Origin: a virus
Lineage: Duplodnaviria > Caudoviricetes
IMG/VR virus record: IMGVR_UViG_3300025674_000132
Location: 1 to 38,351 of that record
DNA: 38,351 bases
Reading direction: 5' to 3' (one strand)
Of this stretch, positions 24,953 to 35,377 are shown one piece after another. The notes beneath the pieces are model-generated. The model saw only the letters and a list, made by a program, of their open reading frames with translations, ran no database searches and was not told the DNA's origin. Made by a program: the position numbers and the translations under genes. Each line of letters opens with the position of its first letter. The first letter of the stretch is position 1.

Positions 24953-25375
24953 ATGCCAGCAGGCAGACCGACAACATGGAGTAAGGCGCTAGAAAAAAAG
25001 GCGTGGGAATATGCTGATGGGAAATGGCAGGAGGCGGGCCACGTTTTCCCGTCCGTAGTTGGTTTATGTTCGTATATTGATCGGCCTAGGCGGTCAATTT
25101 ATGATTGGGCAAGGCATGAAGATAAACAGTTTTCGCACATATTAGATAAAATCAACCAAGAGCAGGAGATTGTAGCTTGGAATCGCGGCATGGTTGGCGA
25201 CTATAACGCTAACTTAGTTAAGCTGCTTTTAGGCAAACACGGCTACCACGACAAACAGGATCAAACGCTAGCAGGTCCGGACGGTGGGGCGGTGAAAACT
25301 GACAACAAATACACGATAGAATTTGTTAACGCCGACGATAACCCTTTAATCAATGCCTCAAGTAAAGATAAATAA
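24953..25375 (+). CDS. terS: Terminase small subunit
   Basis: MPAGRPT, PSVVGLC.YI...R..IYDW, YNANLVKLLLGKHGY.DK, L.GPDGG; overlaps terL. Confidence 0.88.
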   Translation: MPAGRPTTWSKALEKKAWEYADGKWQEAGHVFPSVVGLCSYIDRPRRSIYDWARHEDKQFSHILDKINQEQEIVAWNRGMVGDYNANLVKLLLGKHGYHDKQDQTLAGPDGGAVKTDNKYTIEFVNADDNPLINASSKDK

Positions 25376-26774
25376 AAAGCTAGCGCCGGTTTTTACTGCT
25401 AAGCAGCAGATTGTTGTTATTGTAGGTGGCCGCGGTAGCGGTAAATCCATCGGAGTTGGTGACATTCTCACAATCAAGATGGACACAGAAAACGCCGACG
25501 TTTATTGCTTGCGGGAATTCCAAGATAGTGTTGCTGACTCAGTACACCGAGTATTTAAAGACTCAATCCAAGAGCGCTTAAAACTCGAAGGATGGGATAT
25601 TCAAGAGAATAAGATCATAGCGCCTGGCGGCGCTAGAACCAATTACAAGGGCGCAAACCGTAACCCTGATTCCATGCAATCGGCGCAAGGTTACAAGTAT
25701 TCATGGTTCGAAGAAGCCCACCGAGCAAGTCAGAACTCACTGGACAAACTCCTGCCCACAATTATACGTAACCCTGGCGCTAAGTGTATTTTCACAGCTA
25801 ACCCTCAATCGAGCGCAGATCCGTTTAGCCAGCGTTTTATCAATCCGTATAAAAAACAATTAGACCGCGATGGCATTTATGTTGATGATTTACACCTGAT
25901 TATTAAATGTAACTGGCGTGACAATCCTTGGTGGAACGAAGAACAGGAAGCGCTCAGAAAGTGGGACTATGAAAACCTAAGCCGCGCAAAGTATCGCTGG
26001 ATTTGGGAGGGGGATTTTAATGACGAAGTTGAGGACTCAATTATTAAAGCAGAATGGTTCGATAGCGCTATCGACGCTCATAAGAAACTTCCAGCGATTA
26101 AGCCTAATGGCGCTATTGTGTGTGCTTACGATCCTTGCGACGATGGTGGCGATGCCCATGGCTTTGCTTGTCGCCATGGTTCTATTATTAAGGCGGTTAA
26201 TTGTAGGGATTCAGGAGAGATTGACGAAGGTTGCGACTGGGCAACCGGTGAAGCTATAAAGCTAGGCGCGGATCTTTTTACCTGGGATTTGGATGGTATG
26301 GGCACAGGTCTCAAGCGTCAAGTCGATGTTGCGTTCAATGGCAAAAAGTGCGAGGTGCGTGGATTTAGGGGTTCTCTAAGTGGTATCGGTCAAGACGACG
26401 GCGAGAAGGTCTACCAGGAAAAAACTTATGCAGAGACATTCAAGAACAATCGAGCGCGGTATTATAACGACTTGGCAACACGCTTTTTCAACACGTACAG
26501 GGCAGTAACAAAAGGCGAGTACATCGACCCCGACGAAATGATAAGCCTTGACACCGATGGCATTTCTGATATAGATCGGCTAAGATCAGAGTTATGTAGA
26601 ATCCCTACGAAGCCCAACGCTAACGGGCTTATTCAGATTATGAACAAACAAGACATGAAAAAAGAGGGCATTGCCAGCCCCAATATGGCGGATGCTATAA
26701 TGATGACGATGATATGCCCAGCCCCACAAGATGACTGGGGCGAACTAGAATATGATGATAGAGGTTTCATCTAA
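25353..26774 (+). CDS. terL: Terminase large subunit (PBSX/Sf6-like)
   Basis: GGRGSGKS Walker A, WFEEA Walker B, FTANP, NWRDNPW; nuclease acidic motifs YDP.D and SPNMADA. Confidence 0.96.
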   Translation: MPQVKINKKLAPVFTAKQQIVVIVGGRGSGKSIGVGDILTIKMDTENADVYCLREFQDSVADSVHRVFKDSIQERLKLEGWDIQENKIIAPGGARTNYKGANRNPDSMQSAQGYKYSWFEEAHRASQNSLDKLLPTIIRNPGAKCIFTANPQSSADPFSQRFINPYKKQLDRDGIYVDDLHLIIKCNWRDNPWWNEEQEALRKWDYENLSRAKYRWIWEGDFNDEVEDSIIKAEWFDSAIDAHKKLPAIKPNGAIVCAYDPCDDGGDAHGFACRHGSIIKAVNCRDSGEIDEGCDWATGEAIKLGADLFTWDLDGMGTGLKRQVDVAFNGKKCEVRGFRGSLSGIGQDDGEKVYQEKTYAETFKNNRARYYNDLATRFFNTYRAVTKGEYIDPDEMISLDTDGISDIDRLRSELCRIPTKPNANGLIQIMNKQDMKKEGIASPNMADAIMMTMICPAPQDDWGELEYDDRGFI

Positions 26775-28888
26775 TGCCAATGAATCACGATGAATTGCAA
26801 ACATACCTGGATCAAGCGGAGTCGAATTCGATTCATGCTAGTGATTCATTGAACGCTATACATAAAAAGGCATTTGATTACTACGCCTTAAAGCCGATGG
26901 GCAACGAAGTCAAGGGGCAGTCAAAAGTTAAATCGAGTGATGTTTATGACGTGATTGAATCCGATATGCCCTCACATGTTCGGACATTTCTTGGTCATAA
27001 CAACATAATGAAGTTCACAAAGGGTAATACTGAGCGTGAGAAAGCAGAAGCGAAGGAAAAGACTGAATATATCAACTTTTTGATACGCAAGCAGCCCGAC
27101 TCATACCGAACTCAACTGTCATGGATCAAAGGCGCTGAGATATACCGCTATTCAGCAGTTAATTACGGTTACGAAGAGGAAGAGGCAGTTTCACACCGCG
27201 AGTGGGAAGGGTTGAGTGAAGAAGAATTCGAGATCATAAAAACGTCTTTACAGATAGAAGAAAACAACGGTGCCGATGTTGATTTTAAAGAGTTGAAGCG
27301 AAAAGAAAAAGACGGATTGAAGGACGTACGGGCAAAGATCACGAAAACGCGCGGCAAATACTTTGTGCGCTATGTTGATCCCGAGCGGTTTGTAATCACT
27401 AAAGGCGCTACCTGCGAAGATGATGCGGAGCTTATCGGTCATGATGACTATGTGACAAAATCAGACTTGATTGCTATGGGTTATAGTGAAGAGCTAGTTA
27501 AAGACTTGGCGATTGTCTCAGGATCTGATAATGACGAACGCGATCAGCGGCTAGTTGATCAGGGCGGCAACGCTGATGGCAATAACTACGACTGGACGGG
27601 CCAACTCTGCAAACTTGAAACCCGCTATTTGCGTGTTGATATGGATGGAGACGGTATTGCGGAACGTGTCGAGATTAAGCGCGTTGGACGTGACGTGCTA
27701 GAGGTTGAGCCGTTCGATCACGTACCTTACGCTGTATTGTGCGCTATTCCATTGCCAGGGCAAATGATTGGATTAAGTCGTGCTGATCCGGTCATGGAAA
27801 TACAAGATCAGCAAACCGCGCTATTACGCCAAACCATGATGAACATGTATCAGGTTAACAGTTCACGCATGGCGGCAAACCGTAATGTAAACATGGATGA
27901 CCTGCTTACTAATCGTATTGGCGGAGTAGTTCGAACGAAAGGCGATGGCAATCCATTAGAGCATGTTGCGCCTTTGCCTACGCCGTATGTTGGTGATAAG
28001 AATCTAATACTGATGCAGTACGTTGACTCCAGGCGAGCTCAGCGTACTGGCTCATTAATGGCCAATCAGTCACTTGACGCCGATAAACTACACAAAGAAA
28101 CGGCTACACGATTCGAGGGTATTAGAGATGCAGGGCAGGCTAAAGTTGAGCTTGTGCAGCGTAATTTTATCGAAACAGGTTATAGAAAGTTGTTCGAAGG
28201 TATGCTGTGGATGGTTACGCACTTTCAGGACAACGAGACTGAGATTGAGGTGCTAGGTAAGCCGCTGTCAGTCAATCCCGCGCTATGGCTCCATGATCAA
28301 CCCGTAGTACCTGAAATAGGTTTAGGTGCAGGTGATGAAGATACGGTCCTTGGTAACATGCAAGCGCTATTTATGTTGCACCAACAGCTAGCCGCACAAG
28401 GCTCACCGCTATCGGATCAAGTGAAGGTTTATAACATCGCTAAGAAAATGGTTAGCGCTATGAATCTGGCGAATGTTGATGATTACTTTAATAACCCAGA
28501 GATTCCAGAAGATTTATTGCAATATCAGGTTGAGCAACTGCAAATGCAGAACATGCAAATGCAACAGATAATACAGCAATCAGCTAATCCGTTGGCAGAG
28601 GCCGAAGCGACTAGAGCGCAAGCTAAACTAATCGAAGCGGAAGCAAAGCAAGAAACTGAAATTGCTAAGATAATGGAAGACCAGCGACAATTTAATGAGG
28701 AATTAAAAGCAGAGAACGCTCAAAAGCTTGCGGATCTTGAATTCAAATACAACGAGCTTGCAGCTAAAGAGAAGGTGCAACCTGAAACGCCGGTACTTGA
28801 TGAAATGCAGCGTAGAGCGTTAGCTATACAGCAAGCAAGAAAAGAATTTCCCGAGCTGACAGATGAAGAGATCCAGAGGGCTATTTAA
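26774..28888 (+). CDS. Portal protein (P22-like podovirus type)
   Basis: 704 aa directly after terL; S.V.SSDV.D.IE..MP and D.DGDGIAE motifs; Q-rich helical C-terminal barrel. Confidence 0.9.
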   Translation: MPMNHDELQTYLDQAESNSIHASDSLNAIHKKAFDYYALKPMGNEVKGQSKVKSSDVYDVIESDMPSHVRTFLGHNNIMKFTKGNTEREKAEAKEKTEYINFLIRKQPDSYRTQLSWIKGAEIYRYSAVNYGYEEEEAVSHREWEGLSEEEFEIIKTSLQIEENNGADVDFKELKRKEKDGLKDVRAKITKTRGKYFVRYVDPERFVITKGATCEDDAELIGHDDYVTKSDLIAMGYSEELVKDLAIVSGSDNDERDQRLVDQGGNADGNNYDWTGQLCKLETRYLRVDMDGDGIAERVEIKRVGRDVLEVEPFDHVPYAVLCAIPLPGQMIGLSRADPVMEIQDQQTALLRQTMMNMYQVNSSRMAANRNVNMDDLLTNRIGGVVRTKGDGNPLEHVAPLPTPYVGDKNLILMQYVDSRRAQRTGSLMANQSLDADKLHKETATRFEGIRDAGQAKVELVQRNFIETGYRKLFEGMLWMVTHFQDNETEIEVLGKPLSVNPALWLHDQPVVPEIGLGAGDEDTVLGNMQALFMLHQQLAAQGSPLSDQVKVYNIAKKMVSAMNLANVDDYFNNPEIPEDLLQYQVEQLQMQNMQMQQIIQQSANPLAEAEATRAQAKLIEAEAKQETEIAKIMEDQRQFNEELKAENAQKLADLEFKYNELAAKEKVQPETPVLDEMQRRALAIQQARKEFPELTDEEIQRAI

Positions 28889-29571
28889 TGGGTTTGACTG
28901 CTAGGCAGAAGTTAAAGTTAGTTTCTGTTAGAAAGCAAAAGCAAGCGGAGCAAGATAGCGCTTTAGATATGCGCCTTATTTCTTTGGTGGACTCTCAAAA
29001 AGTTAAAGGTGATAAGGGGCCTAAGGGGGATAAAGGTGATCCAGGGGCGAGAGGCCTGCCAGGGCGTGATGGTAAAGACGGCAAGAATGGCCGTGATGGT
29101 GTCGATGGCTTGCGCGGCAAAGATGGTCTAAACGGCGAAGACGGAAAAGACGGTCAGGACGGGAAGACCGGCCCCATGCCGCGTCATGAAATCAAAGGCA
29201 AACGCTATCGGTTTGAAAACCCCGATGGCTCATGGGGTGAGTGGGGTTTGGCTGGCGGCTCCACTATTCAGACTGTTGGCGGGGGTGGGCAAGCGCTGTC
29301 GGTATCACAATCTGATAGGTTGGTGATTATGGTGGCTGATGCTTCGGACGCCACCTACATCTATACGGGTGAGCTATTAACAGGTGTGACGTTTGTTGAT
29401 ACGGCCGAAATTACCAACAACTCAAAAACATTAGGCTATGACGTGGATGATTTGCTAAAAACGATAACACACGTGTTTGATTATTTATCGCAAACCTGGA
29501 CAGTGACAACAACCCTTTCTTATACGAGCGGCAAGTTAACTGGTAAATCAACAACTATAGGGAAGGTGTAA
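28888..29571 (+). CDS. Collagen-repeat protein (putative fibre)
   Basis: 19 uninterrupted Gly-X-Y triplets at 29008-29178, then RFENPDGSWGEW and a beta-rich C-terminus. Confidence 0.85.
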   Translation: MGLTARQKLKLVSVRKQKQAEQDSALDMRLISLVDSQKVKGDKGPKGDKGDPGARGLPGRDGKDGKNGRDGVDGLRGKDGLNGEDGKDGQDGKTGPMPRHEIKGKRYRFENPDGSWGEWGLAGGSTIQTVGGGGQALSVSQSDRLVIMVADASDATYIYTGELLTGVTFVDTAEITNNSKTLGYDVDDLLKTITHVFDYLSQTWTVTTTLSYTSGKLTGKSTTIGKV

Positions 29572-29574
29572 ACT

Positions 29575-31983
29575 ATGAGTTTTTCAAAATCAGGGAGCGT
29601 CATTACTCAAACCGGCGCTTCAAGCTCGAACAGGGACACACCTCAAGATTTAATAAATGCTGGATTGGCGGGCGTGTCTTCTTCTGGATCGTTTCAGATT
29701 AACATTGATGCCGATTTAATTATTGATGGCTATTACGATGATTCAGGATGGACGTACACCTTTGGTAGCGGATATATCATACGCAAAGGGGCCAACGCAA
29801 ATTGGACTAGCGGAGTAACATCAAACAACCAAGTCACGAAAGGCTTTTTAGTCAACTATGGTGGCAACGCTATGAAAACAATTAATTCGGGCGCTGGGGG
29901 CGTGATCAACTGGAAAGACGTTGTTTTTAGGGCGTATTCAGCTACCCGCGCAGATTTGAGTCTGTCACCGATTTCAGCAGCCAATATAGATTCATCAACA
30001 ACATGGAACATTGATAGAATAACAGTAGATTTAACTGCAAATACATCTTCGCACTTTAGGATTGAGGTTGATACGGGCTCAATTGTTAATGTGAGATCAA
30101 TAAATTCTGCGATATTAGTATTATCGCCTATTGTTGAAAATTTAGTGGCTACATCCCCTGACAATACACCTATCGGCACAGGTTTGGTTCAGAAAGTAGA
30201 AGTGTTTAAGGATAATGTAACGATTATTGAGTATCAGCCAAACTTGCAAATAGATGGTCAAGCTTTAGGTAGCAACCATTTTTGGGCTGACGCAGATGCT
30301 GACGGGTTCAGGACAACTATTTACCAGGACATGGTGACACCTAGTTTTTTTGACTGGACTACAGATTATTTGATTTACGGGAGTGGTAGAGTTATTGCGA
30401 CAAGGCGGTTTCAGCTAATTATAAAAGATTCTAGCGGCTCTCCCTTTTCGGGAGCCATATTAAAATTAACAAATGATAATGATTCGGATAGTGTGGAGCT
30501 TTCTAGTAGCTCTGCTGCAAGTACGATAGACCAACAAGTAAATGTTTTTGTTGGACGTAAAACAACTTTTACATCCTCCTATATATCGCCACCTGACCAA
30601 GATGATTTGCAAGAAAAGACGTTAACGGTCGGCCTTTACGGTAAATTGACATCTTCCGTACCTGCGATAGATTTTTCAAGCGGGCCAGTATCATCAAGCA
30701 TTTTTTTGCTTGATAATGGTTCTATTACCGAAACTAATAAAGCCACAGTGGATGCTTACACCACATTAGAAAATTCTCAAAAATTTTATGATAGATTCGA
30801 ATCTTTTCGTAATACACTAGCTAATATAAATGTAGTAACTGGAATATCGCGTTCAGGCTCAACTATAGATGCGGGTAGCTATAACGTAACGATTGACGCA
30901 ACATCGGGAAGTGCTTTCTCAATTGCCGGTTCAACTATTACGATTAAAGCTAGTGCATTCGCCGGCACAATTAATACTACAGGTACTTTGACTCTTGCAA
31001 ACGGCTCAATAATTAATGGTTCGTTTAGCAGCATATCTATAGATTTTGCTACATCAGGCACATATAACTTACAAAACTCTACATTCAGCGGAACGCTTAC
31101 AGTTAGCAATAGTTCTGGCGGTGCTGTTACTGTCAAGGTATTGCCAGGCACGACAGTTGTAAATAACGGGCCAAATATAACAGTGGACGACACAGAAACA
31201 GGCCTTGTTACGGCCCCGAATATTATTGATGGCTCTAGATACCAACTATATAACGTAACTCAAACTAATGAAATTGCTAACGGGTTAGTTTCTGGAGGTT
31301 CTGGATTGTCGCTTTCAGTGATATTAGGGGCAGGGCAAGATGCGTTATCAGGCGATACAATACGCCTAAGAGTCACGTACCAAAGTGGAACCAGTGCAAA
31401 AAACGAATTAGAATCTACGGCCCTTATTACATCAGCAGGCGTTACATTTTTGGATTCGCAAACTGATAACGAGGTTTATAACTCTTACGGTATAGATGGC
31501 TCTACGATCACGCAATTCTCAGCTGATTATGCTGATGATGAGGTTGATATTACGGTTGCTAGCAACTTTAATGGCAAAGATTTTTACAGTTGGTGGGTTT
31601 ACAATGAAACAACGGCCCAAGGTATTGCTGAATTTTTTGGTGTTTTAACAGCATTAGACCAGGCCAACTTAAGAATAAATAGCTCATTGTTGAATGTCTT
31701 TATTGACAACGCTACTAGCACAAATATTTGGCAAAATGATAATGTTCGCATATTTAGAGAAGATGGAAATTACCCTGTTAAAAATCCAGCTACTTCAGGT
31801 GGTGGGGGTGTCGATATAGTGTGGCGCAACCAAATTTTCATAGCGGAAACAGGTGTGAGCGGATTAACAGCTACTGAAAGTAGTACGCTTTTAGCAATTC
31901 CAACTAACCCGCTTCTGACGAATGATTCAAGGTTAGATACCTTTGACACCAAAACCAACGTTAAACCGAGTGTTAGTATATGA
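29575..31983 (+). CDS. Large S/T/N-rich putative virion surface protein (802 aa)
   Basis: Beta-strand-rich adhesin-like composition; inserted between portal and scaffold. Confidence 0.7.
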   Translation: MSFSKSGSVITQTGASSSNRDTPQDLINAGLAGVSSSGSFQINIDADLIIDGYYDDSGWTYTFGSGYIIRKGANANWTSGVTSNNQVTKGFLVNYGGNAMKTINSGAGGVINWKDVVFRAYSATRADLSLSPISAANIDSSTTWNIDRITVDLTANTSSHFRIEVDTGSIVNVRSINSAILVLSPIVENLVATSPDNTPIGTGLVQKVEVFKDNVTIIEYQPNLQIDGQALGSNHFWADADADGFRTTIYQDMVTPSFFDWTTDYLIYGSGRVIATRRFQLIIKDSSGSPFSGAILKLTNDNDSDSVELSSSSAASTIDQQVNVFVGRKTTFTSSYISPPDQDDLQEKTLTVGLYGKLTSSVPAIDFSSGPVSSSIFLLDNGSITETNKATVDAYTTLENSQKFYDRFESFRNTLANINVVTGISRSGSTIDAGSYNVTIDATSGSAFSIAGSTITIKASAFAGTINTTGTLTLANGSIINGSFSSISIDFATSGTYNLQNSTFSGTLTVSNSSGGAVTVKVLPGTTVVNNGPNITVDDTETGLVTAPNIIDGSRYQLYNVTQTNEIANGLVSGGSGLSLSVILGAGQDALSGDTIRLRVTYQSGTSAKNELESTALITSAGVTFLDSQTDNEVYNSYGIDGSTITQFSADYADDEVDITVASNFNGKDFYSWWVYNETTAQGIAEFFGVLTALDQANLRINSSLLNVFIDNATSTNIWQNDNVRIFREDGNYPVKNPATSGGGGVDIVWRNQIFIAETGVSGLTATESSTLLAIPTNPLLTNDSRLDTFDTKTNVKPSVSI

Positions 31984-32255
31984 GCGATAAAGAACTAGAA
32001 TCAGCAGCTTTGCATGGCCGAGAAGCCGAAACGATCCTGAATAGTCACTCATGGGGCGTTGCAAAGTTATCGATTAAGGGCGATATAATTGCTAAACTTG
32101 AAAGTCAAGAAATTTTAGGCAATAATGATGAGTTAGTGGAGCTTGTAAGAGAATTACAAGCTTTTAACAAGCTCTCAGATAAGTTAGAGCAAATACTTTC
32201 CGACGGAAAATTTGCAGAACATGAACTCGAAATGAGAGAAAAAGATGCTAGATAA
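31980..32255 (+). CDS. Small helical protein preceding the scaffold
   Basis: 91 aa; G.EAE.IL....W and L..I...GK.A pattern, usually found between portal and scaffold. Confidence 0.75.
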   Translation: MSDKELESAALHGREAETILNSHSWGVAKLSIKGDIIAKLESQEILGNNDELVELVRELQAFNKLSDKLEQILSDGKFAEHELEMREKDAR

Positions 32256-33030
32256 TCTTTTAGAACCTAGCCAAGAGGTACCCGAGTCGAACGCTGAAGA
32301 ACTCGAAACCGAGCAACCAGAAGCAATTGACGAAGATGAAGCCGCCGATATTCCTGGCGAAGAGTTGGGCGAAGCTGAAGAGGAAGGCGAAGAGGAAGGC
32401 GATACCTTTATTATAGATGGTAAAGAGTATACCGCTGAACGAATCGCAGAACTGGAAAGCGGGGAATTAAGACAATCCGACTATACCAAGAAGACGCAAG
32501 CGCTAGCGGCCGAACGTAAACAAGTGGGTGAATTAGTCTCAAAGCTTACGGACGTGATTGCGGGGTTTGAATCTTCAATTGATAGCGATGAAGCGGAACT
32601 TGCTCAGTTATTAGAGGATGGCGACACAAGCGAATACTTGCTGCGCCAGCGACAAATAGCTGATAAGCAGAAGAAGATTAAAGAAGCAAAAGCTGCGAAA
32701 GCTAAAGCTAATGCGGATCTTCAGACGCAAGAAGGCAAAATCTTGTTTCAAAGTATGAAGGCTTGGCATGATCCGAAAACTGGAGCGGCCCAGCAAAAGG
32801 CTGATGTTGATGCGGCAATGAAGTACGCGGAAAGCATTGGCCATACTAGCGAAACGCTATCACAAATTACTGATCATCGGATGATTAGGGCTTTGATTGA
32901 TGCAGGCAAGAATAAGCAGCAAGCATCGTTAAAACCTAAGAAGAAACCAGCTAAAAAAGTTGTTTCTCGAAAGTCTCCAGGTCAGAAAAAACCTAAATCT
33001 ATCGTTGAATTGTTTTACGGGAGTTCGTAA
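32245..33030 (+). CDS. Capsid scaffolding protein
   Basis: Acidic N-terminus, RQSDYTKKTQALA motif, coiled coil and basic C-terminus; directly before the capsid gene. Confidence 0.85.
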   Translation: MLDNLLEPSQEVPESNAEELETEQPEAIDEDEAADIPGEELGEAEEEGEEEGDTFIIDGKEYTAERIAELESGELRQSDYTKKTQALAAERKQVGELVSKLTDVIAGFESSIDSDEAELAQLLEDGDTSEYLLRQRQIADKQKKIKEAKAAKAKANADLQTQEGKILFQSMKAWHDPKTGAAQQKADVDAAMKYAESIGHTSETLSQITDHRMIRALIDAGKNKQQASLKPKKKPAKKVVSRKSPGQKKPKSIVELFYGSS

Positions 33031-33033
33031 AAA

Positions 33034-34050
33034 ATGGCTACTCTAGCAGGTAATCTATTGACGTTAAACGATTGGGCCAAGCGGCGCGATCCAGATGGCA
33101 AAACGTCTGCCATCATCGAAACGCTTTCAGAGTCGAATATGATTCTTGAGGATATGCTTTACAAAGAGGGTAATTTGCCTACCGGTGAGCAAACCACTAT
33201 CCGTACAGGTTTACCAACTACTTACTACAGGCTTACCAACCAAGGGATCCCTAAGTCAAAATCTACAACTGCACAAATTGTTGAGCAGTGCGCGGAGCTG
33301 GTAGCGCTTTCAGAAGTTGATGAAACTATCGCTAAGCTTGAAGGCGATCTTGGTCAATTCCGTTTGTCTGAATCGGTTCCTTTCCTTGAGGCGATGAGCC
33401 AACAAATGGCACAAACGCTTTTCTACGGTTCAGCGGCTAATCCTGAGGAATTCGTTGGATTTGCTAACCGTTACAATGACCTTTCAGCAACCAACGCTCA
33501 AAACATTCTCAGCGCTGGCGGTTCTGGTTCTGATAACAGCTCAATATGGCTGGTTGGCTGGGGTGCCAAGTCTTGCTTTGGCGTATTCCCTAAAGGCTCT
33601 GCAGCGGGAATCATCCACAAGGATCATGGCCTAGACTGGGCATTTGATTCTAGTAACGACCGCTTTGAGGCTTACATCGACAGCTACAAGTGGTGTAATG
33701 GTCTAGTTGTTAAAGACTGGCGCTATGCTGTTCGTATTCCTAATGTTGATATTAGTGATCTTATCGGTTTAACTGGAACACAAGCGCTTTCAGCTTCTAC
33801 CAGCATTATCAAGTTGATGAGCCGCGCCATTGACCGTTTACCTTCAACAGCCGGCGTCAACTTAGCGTTCTACGTTAACCGCACAGTAGCATCTCACCTG
33901 AAGATAATCGCTCTTGAAAAATCTAATTCCGCACTTTCCATTGAAAGCGCATTAGATCAATTTGGGCGTGAAATTCAAATGATGCGATTCTTGGGCGTTC
34001 CGGTTCGCATAGTTGACCAGTTGACCGAAACCGAAGCCGCAGTATCTTAA
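33034..34050 (+). CDS. Major capsid protein (BPP-1 Bbp17-like)
   Basis: TL.DWAKR.DP, EGNLPTG..TT.RTGLP, LFYG, SIWLVGWG, GLVVKDWRY.VRI.N.D, FLGVPVR.VD.L..TEA.V. Confidence 0.93.
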   Translation: MATLAGNLLTLNDWAKRRDPDGKTSAIIETLSESNMILEDMLYKEGNLPTGEQTTIRTGLPTTYYRLTNQGIPKSKSTTAQIVEQCAELVALSEVDETIAKLEGDLGQFRLSESVPFLEAMSQQMAQTLFYGSAANPEEFVGFANRYNDLSATNAQNILSAGGSGSDNSSIWLVGWGAKSCFGVFPKGSAAGIIHKDHGLDWAFDSSNDRFEAYIDSYKWCNGLVVKDWRYAVRIPNVDISDLIGLTGTQALSASTSIIKLMSRAIDRLPSTAGVNLAFYVNRTVASHLKIIALEKSNSALSIESALDQFGREIQMMRFLGVPVRIVDQLTETEAAVS

Positions 34051-34060
34051 GGGGAAAATC

Positions 34061-34534
34061 ATGATTCTTGACGGACAATTACAATTTTCAGATGACCAAG
34101 CGCTTACAGCTACGGCGGTAGGTACAAACGTGATTGACCTTAGCGTTGATCGTTCCATTGGCAACGGCGAGCCTATGGCTGTTGTTTTCAATATCGGCGT
34201 AGCAGCCGATCAGACCACAGGTGACGAAGACTACACTTTTGAGGTTGAGTATGCTTCTGATGCCGCCCAAACTACCGGACGCCAGTTGATTGGCCGCCGA
34301 GTGTATGAGTCTGGTACACCTACTGCACCAGCTCAAGATGCTGACTTGTTGGTAGTTGGATATAAGGTTATCATACCAATTCCGCCCACTGACTTGAGCG
34401 AGAGCGAGCGCTATATTGGTGTGCGCTATACGCTTGCGGGCACAACTCCAAGTGTTACTGTTAGCGCTTACTTGCAACCGCTAAGCATGATCGATGCCAC
34501 AAACGATTACGCTACCGGCTATAGCATTAGCTAA
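34061..34534 (+). CDS. Capsid cement/decoration protein (Bbp16-like)
   Basis: MILD..L.FSD.QA.TATA..TNVIDL...RY.GVRYT; directly after the capsid gene. Confidence 0.85.
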   Translation: MILDGQLQFSDDQALTATAVGTNVIDLSVDRSIGNGEPMAVVFNIGVAADQTTGDEDYTFEVEYASDAAQTTGRQLIGRRVYESGTPTAPAQDADLLVVGYKVIIPIPPTDLSESERYIGVRYTLAGTTPSVTVSAYLQPLSMIDATNDYATGYSIS

Positions 34535-34710
34535 TGTTAGTTAAAGCTAATCGACTTGGCTTTTATGCGGGGCTTATCAGAAAAGAGGGTGACCAATTTT
34601 CGATAGGCTCCAAAAAAGAACTAGGTTCATGGATGGAGCCAGTTCAAAAGTCGCGAGCGAAAACAGTTAAAAAGGAAGCTCCAAAAGTAGAAAAACCCAG
34701 CGCTGAATAG
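34534..34710 (+). CDS. Small protein (58 aa); absent from the ORF track
   Basis: MLVKANRLGFYAGLIRKEGDQFSI....LGSWME plus K/E-rich tail; TAATG coupling to the cement gene. Confidence 0.75.
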   Translation: MLVKANRLGFYAGLIRKEGDQFSIGSKKELGSWMEPVQKSRAKTVKKEAPKVEKPSAE

Positions 34711-34726
34711 GCGCTGGTTTCTTTTT
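34697..34726 (+). terminator. Rho-independent terminator after the capsid genes
   Basis: CCAGCGC-TGAATAG-GCGCTGG followed by TTTCTTTTT. Confidence 0.8.
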
Positions 34727-34738
34727 AAGAGGTGTTAA

Positions 34739-35377
34739 ATGGCTTTAGATACTTTTGATAATCTGAAAGCAAAGATTATCGACCAATCCCACCGAAATGA
34801 TTTGACACCCGACCGCTTGGCGGATTTTATCCAGCAAGCAGAGCAAGAATTTTACGCTAACTCTATTGAGCCTTTGCAGATTAGAGATATTGAGCAAACC
34901 AGCAATCAAGATACTGTTGTTGATAGCGGTGTACTGGCATTGCCTAGCGGTTATCAATCGATGCGCTCAATACTTATTGACGATAAATCAACAGATGCCC
35001 AGCAATATGAATTAACTTATTTGCCGCCAGAGGTGCTTGCAAAAGATAGCGCAAGCGGCACACCCACATGCTTTACAGTAACCGATCAGATTGAATTTAA
35101 TCGGCCTTGTGACGCTGTTTATAACGTTGAGGTTAAGTATTTCGGCAAACTTATAGGTTTAAGTGATGCCGCTACCACTAACGATATTCTAATAAACTTC
35201 CCTAACATGTATCTGTTCGGCGCATTATGGGCTTTGCATCAATGGGCTGTTATGCCTGATATGGCTGAATATTATTATGGTAAGTTCATTAATTCGATAC
35301 GCGGCGCAAACAATGCCGACTCGTTAGGTCGTCACGGTCCAGCCCCAACTATAGAGTATGACGGTGTTGTTGTATGA
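34739..35377 (+). CDS. Head-tail adaptor protein
   Basis: LK..I......DL....DFI..AE and TND.L...P..YLFGAL motifs; precedes the gp10-like gene. Confidence 0.75.
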   Translation: MALDTFDNLKAKIIDQSHRNDLTPDRLADFIQQAEQEFYANSIEPLQIRDIEQTSNQDTVVDSGVLALPSGYQSMRSILIDDKSTDAQQYELTYLPPEVLAKDSASGTPTCFTVTDQIEFNRPCDAVYNVEVKYFGKLIGLSDAATTNDILINFPNMYLFGALWALHQWAVMPDMAEYYYGKFINSIRGANNADSLGRHGPAPTIEYDGVVV

